From Alphaproteobacteria bacterium (lineage in GTDB: Bacteria > Pseudomonadota > Alphaproteobacteria > Rs-D84), in the NCBI GenBank assembly GCA_024402765.1, contig JAKSTC010000002.1, forward strand, positions 34,037-98,036: 64,000 bases of DNA. The letters are read 5' to 3'. Each line of letters begins with the position of its first letter. The stretch's first letter is position 1. Position numbers and translations under genes: made by a program. Shown one piece after another: positions 1 to 7,121 of the stretch. The notes under the pieces were generated by a model. It did no database searches. It was not told the origin of the DNA and was given only the letters and a program-made list of their open reading frames with translations.

Positions 1-1869
1 GGTAAAACCGCGATAGTAGAGGGTTTGGCAGAACGCATAATTTCGCGTGATATTCCTGAAAACCTGCAGAATAAAAAGTTGCTGTCTTTGGATATGGGGG
101 CGTTGATGGCGGGTGCAATGTATCGTGGTCAGTTTGAAGCACGATTAAAGGCAATATTAAAGGCGGTCAAAGATTCAAACGGCCAGATTATTTTATTTAT
201 TGATGAATTACATACTATGGTTGGCGCAGGTAAGGGCGAAGGTTCAATGGATGCAGGTAATTTGTTAAAGCCAATGTTGGCGCGTGGGGAACTGCATTGT
301 TTGGGTGCAACGACTTTGGACGAATACCGTCAATATATTGAAAAAGATCCCGCACTTGCACGCCGTTTCCAACCGGTCTATGTTGATGAACCGACGGTTG
401 CGGATACTATTTCTATTTTGCGGGGCTTAAAAGAAAAATACGAAGGGCATCATGGTGTGCGTATTTCAGATTCTGCGCTGGTGGATGCGGTTAAACTGTC
501 TAATCGTTATATCACAGATAGGTTTTTGCCAGATAAAGCGATTGATTTGATTGACGAAGCCGCTGCGCGTGTTCGAATCGAAGTTGCGTCAAAACCAGAA
601 GCCTTGGACGAAGTTGATAGACATTTAATGCAATTAAAAATAGAACAACAGGCACTTAAAAAAGAAAAAGATGCTGATTCTAAAAAACGTTTGGCAGATT
701 TAGAAACATTGATTGCCAAAATAGAACAAGAATCAAAAAATATGACGGCGCAGTGGCGCGATGAACAAAAGAAAATGCGTGGTCTGTCTGATGCGATGGC
801 GGCACTGGACGCGGCAAAGGCTGAGGTCGCGTCCGCTATGCGTAATGGCGATTATGAAAAAGCGTCTGCGTTACAATATGGTAAAATTCCAGAACTCGAA
901 GAAAATATTCGCAAGATGAATACAGAGTCCAAAGAGTATAAAACTGTATTGCCAGAACATATCGCGGCGGTGGTTAGTAAATGGACGGGTGTTCCTGCGG
1001 ATAAGTTATCAATCGAAGAACAATCAAAGTTATTAAATATCGAAGATGAATTGCGTAAACGTGTCGTAGGCCAGGATAATGCGCTATCTGTTGTTGCACG
1101 TGCAATTCGCCGTTCGCGTGCAGGGTTGTCTGATCCGCACAGACCCGCGGGCAGTTTTATGTTCCTTGGGCCAACTGGTGTCGGCAAGACAGAGGTTGCC
1201 AAAGCATTGGCGGAATACCTGTTTAATGATGATACCGCAATGACCAGAATAGATATGAGTGAATATATGGAACCACATTCTGTGTCGCGCCTGATTGGCA
1301 GTCCCCCGGGATATGTCGGCTATGAACAGGGCGGGGTGTTGACCGAAAGTGTTCGCCGTCGTCCGTATCAAGTTTTGCTGTTTGATGAAATAGAAAAAGC
1401 AAACCCCGATGTGTTTAATGTATTCCTGCAAATACTGGATGATGGACGTTTAACAGACGGCCAGGGTCATGTTGTGAACTTTACAAACACGATAATTATC
1501 ATGACCAGTAATTTGCCAGATATGGATGCGGTGCGTAAACATTTTCGTCCAGAATTTATAAACAGAATTGATGAAATCGTGTTCTTTAATTCACTGGGCA
1601 AAGATGTAATGGCGGGCATTGTGAAAATTCAGTTGTCGAATTTGGCAAAACGCCTGGCAGATAGGAATATTGATTTAGATGTGTCTGATAAAGCGATTAA
1701 ATGGTTGGCGGAACATGGATACGATGCGGTATTTGGTGCGCGCCCATTGAAACGCCTTATAACATCTGCGGTCGAAGACAAAGTTGCCGATTTGATTTTG
1801 TCGGGTCAGGTTGGCGAAGGTTCAACCGTTCATGTTGATGTGGATGGTAAAGAACTTTCTGTGAAATAA
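1..1869 (+). CDS. clpB: ClpB AAA+ disaggregase, 5' end outside window
   Basis: Frame 1 is open from base 1 ([13 protein letters not shown]...). Has an RFQPV motif, a coiled-coil middle domain and the NBD2 Walker [10 protein letters not shown]. The ORF track entry 25..1869 is the in-window part. Confidence 0.95.
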   Translation, partial: GKTAIVEGLAERIISRDIPENLQNKKLLSLDMGALMAGAMYRGQFEARLKAILKAVKDSNGQIILFIDELHTMVGAGKGEGSMDAGNLLKPMLARGELHCLGATTLDEYRQYIEKDPALARRFQPVYVDEPTVADTISILRGLKEKYEGHHGVRISDSALVDAVKLSNRYITDRFLPDKAIDLIDEAAARVRIEVASKPEALDEVDRHLMQLKIEQQALKKEKDADSKKRLADLETLIAKIEQESKNMTAQWRDEQKKMRGLSDAMAALDAAKAEVASAMRNGDYEKASALQYGKIPELEENIRKMNTESKEYKTVLPEHIAAVVSKWTGVPADKLSIEEQSKLLNIEDELRKRVVGQDNALSVVARAIRRSRAGLSDPHRPAGSFMFLGPTGVGKTEVAKALAEYLFNDDTAMTRIDMSEYMEPHSVSRLIGSPPGYVGYEQGGVLTESVRRRPYQVLLFDEIEKANPDVFNVFLQILDDGRLTDGQGHVVNFTNTIIIMTSNLPDMDAVRKHFRPEFINRIDEIVFFNSLGKDVMAGIVKIQLSNLAKRLADRNIDLDVSDKAIKWLAEHGYDAVFGARPLKRLITSAVEDKVADLILSGQVGEGSTVHVDVDGKELSVK

Positions 1870-1895
1870 AAAATGGGGCGTTGCCCCATTTTTTA
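1870..1895. terminator. Bidirectional rho-independent terminator
   Basis: aaaatggggc-gtt-gccccatttt hairpin flanked by an A-run and a T-run, between convergent clpB and the ACP-like gene. Confidence 0.6.
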
Positions 1896-2243
1896 TTATC
1901 TTGTTTTTGTAAAAATACGTTTAAATAATGTAGTTTTTACTTGGTTTGTATTTTTCTTCTGTTCTATTTGTTTTTCTTGTTTCTTTACTAACTCTTTTTG
2001 AACACATGCGCAAATATCAGATAAGGTAGATATGTGCATAATATCGTTGTCAGGTATATCAATACCAAAGTGTTCTTCTATTTGCATAAAAAACTCAAGT
2101 GTGTCAAAAGAATCCATACCCATACGAGAAGCGTTGTCTAAATTGAAATCGGGGGTTATAATCGGAGCTTTATCAAACCAATCTAATTCTAATCCAATTA
2201 AGATTTTTTTTATTTCTTCAAATATTTGTGAATTTGTTAACAT
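1896..2243 (-). CDS. Acyl carrier protein-like protein with a Lys-rich C-terminal tail
   Basis: MGMDSFDTLEFFMQIEEHFG resembles the ACP DSL/phosphopantetheine-attachment helix. Start chosen at MLTNSQ (ATG 2243..2241); the upstream extension to 2330 looks non-coding. Confidence 0.6.
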   Translation of the reverse strand: MLTNSQIFEEIKKILIGLELDWFDKAPIITPDFNLDNASRMGMDSFDTLEFFMQIEEHFGIDIPDNDIMHISTLSDICACVQKELVKKQEKQIEQKKNTNQVKTTLFKRIFTKTR

Positions 2244-2368
2244 TTTGTTTGCCTTTTGTTTGTAACGATTTTTGCTAACGTATTTTAATACGTACATTTT
2301 AACGTTAGGACCAAAATTATTTTTTGTCAAGAGTTTTTTGTTGAAAAGTGGATAAATTTAAATTTTAT

Positions 2369-2397
2369 TTGACATATCATATAAAAATGTTTAAAAT
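2369..2397 (+). promoter_or_regulatory. Sigma70-like promoter for the tRNA-Ala unit
   Basis: TTGACA (2369-2374), 17-nt spacer, TAAAAT (2392-2397), about 25 nt upstream of the first GGGGTTG. Confidence 0.45.
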
Positions 2398-2412
2398 GTG
2401 CGCACTTGCAAC

Positions 2413-2533
2413 AAGAGTTTTGGGGTTGTAGCTCAGTTGGTAGAGGTAAGTTGCTTTACAGCGCAGCGGTCTGTCAAAAGGGGTACATCTTCTGAAAGAA
2501 AAGAGTTTTGGGGTTGTAGCTCAGTTGGTAGAG
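2413..2533 (+). repeat. 88-bp-period direct duplication: a 33-nt leader plus tRNA-Ala 5' fragment, present twice
   Basis: aagagttttggggttgtagctcagttggtagag occurs at 2413-2445 and again at 2501-2533. Only the second copy continues into a complete tRNA. Confidence 0.9.
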
Positions 2534-2585
2534 CACCTGCTTTGCAAGCAGGGGGTCGTCAGTTCGAGTCTGATCAGCTCCACCA
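2510..2585 (+). tRNA. tRNA-Ala (anticodon UGC)
   Basis: 76-nt cloverleaf. Acceptor GGGGTTG/CAGCTCC with the G3:U70 Ala identity pair, anticodon loop CTTTGCAAG, T-loop GTTCGAGTC, encoded CCA. Confidence 0.95.
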
Positions 2586-2636
2586 AAATTCTGTAACGGA
2601 ATTGTAAAGTTCGCCGAAAAGGGGGTGAATTATATA

Positions 2637-2843
2637 ATGGTTAAAGTTTTAGTTCGTGATAATAATGTTGAACAGGCGTTGCGCGTTGCAAAACGTAAAT
2701 CCCAAAAGGAAGGTTTGTATCGTGAAATGAAAGAACGTCAACGTTATGAGAAACCAACAACAAAACGTAAACGCTTGAAAGAAGAAGCGGTGCGTAATGA
2801 AAAAAGACGTCAGTCTAAACAACGTATGGTTTTCGGATTCTAA
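2637..2843 (+). CDS. rpsU: 30S ribosomal protein S21
   Basis: [21 protein letters not shown]...[17 protein letters not shown] is typical S21. A GGGGG RBS precedes the ATG at 2637. Confidence 0.9.
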   Translation: MVKVLVRDNNVEQALRVAKRKSQKEGLYREMKERQRYEKPTTKRKRLKEEAVRNEKRRQSKQRMVFGF

Positions 2844-2851
2844 GTTTTGAA

Positions 2852-2877
2852 AGACCCAAAATTTGGGTCTTTTTTTA
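2852..2877 (+). terminator. Rho-independent terminator after rpsU
   Basis: agaccca-aaatt-tgggtct followed by a T-run. Confidence 0.6.
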
Positions 2878-2917
2878 TTTCCGAATATAAACACCCCGAT
2901 TAATCGGGGTGTTTATA

Positions 2918-4156
2918 TTATGATAATTTATGAATTACCAAACCACTGCGCAACTTTGGTTCAAACCATGTTGTCTTTGGGGGCATAATATTGCCAGTGT
3001 CTGCGATATTTATAATCTGGCGCATGGTAACAGGAAATAGGGCGAATGCCACAACCATTTCCCCAGAATCAACGCGTTTCTGTAATTCGCCCAGGCCCCG
3101 AATGCCGCCAACAAAATCAATGCGGTCGCTGGTACGCAGGTCGCCCAGGTTTAATATCTTATCAAATACCAGGTTGGATAAAATTGTAACATCCAAAACA
3201 CCAATTGGATCGTTGTCGTTGTATGTCCCAATCTTGGCGGTCAGAGAATACCAATCACCCCCCAAATACATACCAAAATTATGTAAGGCATTTGGTTTAT
3301 AGATTTCATTTCCGATTTTTTCTATGTCAAAAGATTCTGATAATTTTGCCAAAAATTCATCGGTAGTTAGGCCGTTCAAATCACGAACTACGCGGTTATA
3401 GTCAATAACATGTAGTTGTGATTCTGGGAATATCACCGCCAGGAAATAATTATATTCTTCATTGCCAGTGTGATTTGGATTTTGTTCACGTTTTTCAGCA
3501 CCCACACGTGCAGCAGCGGCGGTTCTGTGGTGCCCATCTGCGACATACATTGCAGGAATTGTTTCGAATATTTCTGTGATGCGGGCATTTATAGCGTCAT
3601 CGTCAATAACCCAGAATTTATGCCCAAATCCATCAGGTGCAACAAAGTCATATTCGGGTGTATTGTTGTTTACTATATTTTCAACAATTTCGTTCATTTC
3701 TGCAACATCGGGATACGCAAAGAAAACAGGTTCCAAATTTGCATCTTGGATACGGACATGAATCATACGATCATCTTCTTTTTCTTTGCGTGTCAGTTCG
3801 TGCTTTTTAATTTTGCCCGTCATATAGTCATCGACATTTGCAGCAGCAACCAAACCATATTGAGTCCGCCCGTCCATAGTTTGAGCATAAATATAATACA
3901 TTTCTTTGGTATCTTGTTTCAGCCAACCACGTGATTGCCATAATTTGAAATTTTCGACCGCTTTGTCATAAGTGCGTTGTTCGTGTTCGCCGGCAATTGG
4001 GTCAAAATCAATTTCTGGCTTAATAATATGTAGTAATGATTTTTCACCGGCCTCATCTTTGGCTTCAACAGAATTAAGAACGTCGTATGGACGTGAAGCA
4101 ACTTGTTCAACAAATTCTTTTGGTGGGCGAACCCCTGCAAATGGTTTTATTTTCAT
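2918..4156 (-). CDS. DUF1015 family protein
   Basis: N-terminus MKIKPFAGVRPPKEFVEQVASRPYDVL and a length of about 412 aa fit DUF1015. Start is at ATG 4156 with an AGGAGA RBS; the longer ORF to 4279 overlaps tRNA-Gln. Confidence 0.75.
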   Translation of the reverse strand: MKIKPFAGVRPPKEFVEQVASRPYDVLNSVEAKDEAGEKSLLHIIKPEIDFDPIAGEHEQRTYDKAVENFKLWQSRGWLKQDTKEMYYIYAQTMDGRTQYGLVAAANVDDYMTGKIKKHELTRKEKEDDRMIHVRIQDANLEPVFFAYPDVAEMNEIVENIVNNNTPEYDFVAPDGFGHKFWVIDDDAINARITEIFETIPAMYVADGHHRTAAAARVGAEKREQNPNHTGNEEYNYFLAVIFPESQLHVIDYNRVVRDLNGLTTDEFLAKLSESFDIEKIGNEIYKPNALHNFGMYLGGDWYSLTAKIGTYNDNDPIGVLDVTILSNLVFDKILNLGDLRTSDRIDFVGGIRGLGELQKRVDSGEMVVAFALFPVTMRQIINIADTGNIMPPKTTWFEPKLRSGLVIHKLS

Positions 4157-4271
4157 TGTGTTTTCTCCTATGTAATCAGTAGCAGCAAAGATACACCAAA
4201 AAGAAAAAAAATCTATATAAAAATTTTTTTCATTGAAAATAAATAAGTTCACTGTATAATAGGTCGCGCAT

Positions 4272-4345
4272 TGGGGCATAGTTTAATGGTAGAACATCGG
4301 ACTCTGACTCCGCTAGTATTGGTTCGAATCCAGTTGCCCCAACCA
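4272..4345 (+). tRNA. tRNA-Gln (anticodon CUG)
   Basis: Acceptor TGGGGCA/TGCCCCA, anticodon stem CGGA/TCCG with loop CTCTGAC, T-arm ATTGG-TTCGAAT-CCAGT, encoded CCA. Confidence 0.9.
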
Positions 4346-4517
4346 AGATAAAACAAACAACACCCCAACGGGGCGTTTTTTGTTTTATTAGGGGGGCAAC
4401 TGGATCGGTCAGAGCGTAGCGCATGACCAATACGAGAATACACAATTAGAAAAATCATAAAAACGGATATTTTAAATTAGAGTTTTTATTGATTTTTATT
4501 ATTGCGTATCGAGGCAC

Positions 4518-4550
4518 CCAGTTGCCCCAACCAAAAATTCAAAACGCCCA
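4518..4550 (+). repeat. att-like repeat block: a copy of the tRNA-Gln 3' end fused to a 23-bp repeat
   Basis: ccagttgccccaaccaa at 4518-4534 duplicates 4330-4346, the tRNA 3' end. caaccaaaaattcaaaacgccca at 4528-4550 recurs at 5850-5872. Confidence 0.85.
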
Positions 4551-4643
4551 TTGGGGCAAGTTTTTGTTTGTTTTGCAATATTTACAGTGAGTTCGAAAGT
4601 CAATATTAAAAAAATGGCGAAATTTCGCCACTTTCGAACAATT

Positions 4644-5039
4644 TTATTCTCTACTCATACTTTGCATTTTTCTTGCTGCAACATTCATATCTTGTTTTGC
4701 AAAAAAATCTTTTTCGGCATTGGTCATTTGTGTTCCACCCCAGCCACGTAATATAGACCATGCCTTCATACGTTTATGTGCATGTTCTAAGTCATCTACA
4801 ATATTTTTCTGTTCAGAAGACCTATAATTTACCTCAACCATGTATTCGTCTACATTTAGTCCCGACATAATAGTTGCTTTTGCTTGAACGACATCTGTTA
4901 TTCCACAATCTGCGAACATTTTTTTTAAACCCTCAACATCTTTTGGGTTTTTGAAATAAATAACTTCATAATTACCATGAATTTCAAAACGGTCTATTTG
5001 ATTAGCAAGTTCTAAGATCTGGTTTTGCACCATTAACAT
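4644..5039 (-). CDS. Hypothetical protein (131 aa)
   Basis: Clean ORF inside the repeat-bounded islet. I recognise no motif. Confidence 0.5.
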   Translation of the reverse strand: MLMVQNQILELANQIDRFEIHGNYEVIYFKNPKDVEGLKKMFADCGITDVVQAKATIMSGLNVDEYMVEVNYRSSEQKNIVDDLEHAHKRMKAWSILRGWGGTQMTNAEKDFFAKQDMNVAARKMQSMSRE

Positions 5040-5181
5040 CTCCTTTTTGATATCTTATGGTATTTATTATATCTTATAGTTTGTATGGTTGCAATGTTTT
5101 TTGTGACTCCTTTTGGATGTTTTATTGCATTTTATTGAAAAGTCAATATAATGTGCCGAGTATAAACCAAAGGAAAATACA

Positions 5182-5742
5182 ATGAATGCTGTTTTTTGTC
5201 ATGGGGTTTTACCACCAGATTTAGATTGGAATAAAAATACTTACAGCCAAACCAAAGGATGGAAAGAATGGTTGCAATTTGTTCTGGAACAAGAACATGA
5301 TATTGTTATGCAGATTCCACGTTTTCCCCATGCGCACACTTTCATGATGAAATATTCTGAATGGGAAGACGTAATGAATTCTCAAAAAATAAATTCCGAT
5401 ACAATTTTAATGGGGCATTCGGCTGGTGCTGGATTTATATTGAAATATATGGCATTACACCCAGAATTGAAAGTAAAACAAATTTTGTTGGTTGCTCCAT
5501 GGATAGATACTGGCGGGGCGAATCCTTTTGGGTTTTATAAAGATTTTGATATGCAAAATATCGCAAACCAAACAATCGATGGAATTGATTTGTTGGTTTC
5601 TGATAATGATATATCAGAAATGGGCAAAAGTCGTGATAAAATAATATCAGACATTCCGTCAATGCGTGTACATGTTTTTCCAGGATATGGACATTTTGTT
5701 TTACCAGAATTGCCAGAGATTATACCGTTTATAAAATTTTAA
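5182..5742 (+). CDS. Alpha/beta serine hydrolase, YdeN/RBBP9-like
   Basis: About 186 aa with the nucleophile elbow GHSAGAG and a late GYGHF His motif. Confidence 0.65.
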   Translation: MNAVFCHGVLPPDLDWNKNTYSQTKGWKEWLQFVLEQEHDIVMQIPRFPHAHTFMMKYSEWEDVMNSQKINSDTILMGHSAGAGFILKYMALHPELKVKQILLVAPWIDTGGANPFGFYKDFDMQNIANQTIDGIDLLVSDNDISEMGKSRDKIISDIPSMRVHVFPGYGHFVLPELPEIIPFIKF

Positions 5743-5849
5743 ATTTTATGATACAGATTCTGTAGACACAACTTATCTTTCGTCTGTTCTGTTTCCTGAC
5801 CTAATGATAATAATTCTTGTAAATCAGTTCGCGAATTGCACAGATAGCA

Positions 5850-5872
5850 CAACCAAAAATTCAAAACGCCCA
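5850..5872 (+). repeat. Second copy of the 23-bp direct repeat (islet boundary)
   Basis: Identical to 4528-4550. Followed by a cgccca-aag-tgggcg terminator-like hairpin. Confidence 0.85.
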
Positions 5873-5885
5873 AAGTGGGCGTTTT

Positions 5886-6971
5886 TTATTCTGGTTTCAC
5901 GTTTATTTCGGTCATGGGTTGGGTGGTTGATTCGTCCAACAGTTGATACTGATACGGAACGGTTTCAAAATCTATTGCACGCATATCTATATGGCGAATA
6001 TTCCTGTTATACATTGTGTGATAATATATTTGCATATTTGTCAGGTCGGTTGCGATTGTCCACTGGGTCGCAGATGGCATATTATTTGGTGCCATGTCCA
6101 CATTAAATTGAACACCCAATGGAACATCAAAGTTATTTAAGATATGAAATGCCTGGCGAATTGTTTCACTGGCGGTTTCTTGGGGCAGGGAATACGTTTC
6201 AAAAAACGCCGCACGAACAAAACGCGATGGCGGGGTAAAGTCTCCGGGCAGACCTAAGAAACCACTGCCGGCACCCAATGGTCGCAATTGTAATCCGTGC
6301 ATGGTTTTTGGGTCCACAGCGCCGGGGTGTAAATTGATATAATTATTTAAATTGGTCAGGTGCCATTGGTAACCCGGGGCATTTGTTAAAACGCCCAGTT
6401 CACTATCGTAAAAATTTGGAACACCATTTACGATTTCAAGAATAACCTGTTTGCCGTTTTTGTCGGTTATGCGCCAATGAACAGTTTCTGCACGTGGGTC
6501 AAAGTTTACAACGCGAATATTTTTGACGGCTGATTTGACATCATCAATGTTATCAAATTGCGACAGTATCCATGGCACCAGTTGAAAATCTGCAATTGTG
6601 TTGTCTTTGTATTGCGGATTATAATCTTGGTATTTGCCATATTTGGGGAAATAAAATAGGGCGGCAGATAAACCCGCTTCGTTTGTGCCATCAATTATAT
6701 ATTCTGGCGCAACAACCGCCAGGCCAACATAACCATATTTGGATGTAAATAACATACCGCCATCTTCTGTGTTCGGTAATGAAGATTGTGATGTGTGACC
6801 ACGTGGAACAACCACATACATATTGTCCATTTCTTCGCCAGACCAGTCCATAGTACGCGCAACAATTATTGCATTATCACGCGACTTTAATGTTATACCT
6901 GTGCATGCATTCGTATTAGTTGTTGCGAATAAAATTGTTGCGATAATTATAAATGCTTTTGCTGATTTCAT
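5886..6971 (-). CDS. Choloylglycine hydrolase / linear amide C-N hydrolase family (Ntn hydrolase), secreted
   Basis: A signal peptide is followed by NAC-TGITLKSRDNAIIVARTMDW, the N-terminal nucleophile Cys context of this family. Start is at MKSAKAF (ATG 6971). Confidence 0.8.
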   Translation of the reverse strand: MKSAKAFIIIATILFATTNTNACTGITLKSRDNAIIVARTMDWSGEEMDNMYVVVPRGHTSQSSLPNTEDGGMLFTSKYGYVGLAVVAPEYIIDGTNEAGLSAALFYFPKYGKYQDYNPQYKDNTIADFQLVPWILSQFDNIDDVKSAVKNIRVVNFDPRAETVHWRITDKNGKQVILEIVNGVPNFYDSELGVLTNAPGYQWHLTNLNNYINLHPGAVDPKTMHGLQLRPLGAGSGFLGLPGDFTPPSRFVRAAFFETYSLPQETASETIRQAFHILNNFDVPLGVQFNVDMAPNNMPSATQWTIATDLTNMQIYYHTMYNRNIRHIDMRAIDFETVPYQYQLLDESTTQPMTEINVKPE

Positions 6972-7121
6972 AGTGTAAATTCCTTTTGATTCGTAATGAA
7001 TAATAATGTTTTTACACAGCATAAACCACAGGAACATAGTCGGAAAAATGTAAGAGAATAAAAACTTCTTGCAATAAAATATTTTTATTCTAGGATGCAA
7101 ATATACCAAAGGAGAAAAGAT

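Noticed and set aside
2422-2445. Possible second tRNA-Ala gene
   Set aside because: Only the acceptor 5' strand and D-arm are present. The following sequence has no anticodon or T arm, so it is a fragment and not a gene.
2398-2607. 69-aa ORF spanning the tRNA-Ala region
   Set aside because: It overlaps a complete tRNA and its duplicated fragment, so it is a translation artefact.
4230-4458. 71-aa and 69-aa minus-strand ORFs
   Set aside because: They overlap tRNA-Gln and the att-like repeat region. The DUF1015 start at 4156 has a proper RBS.
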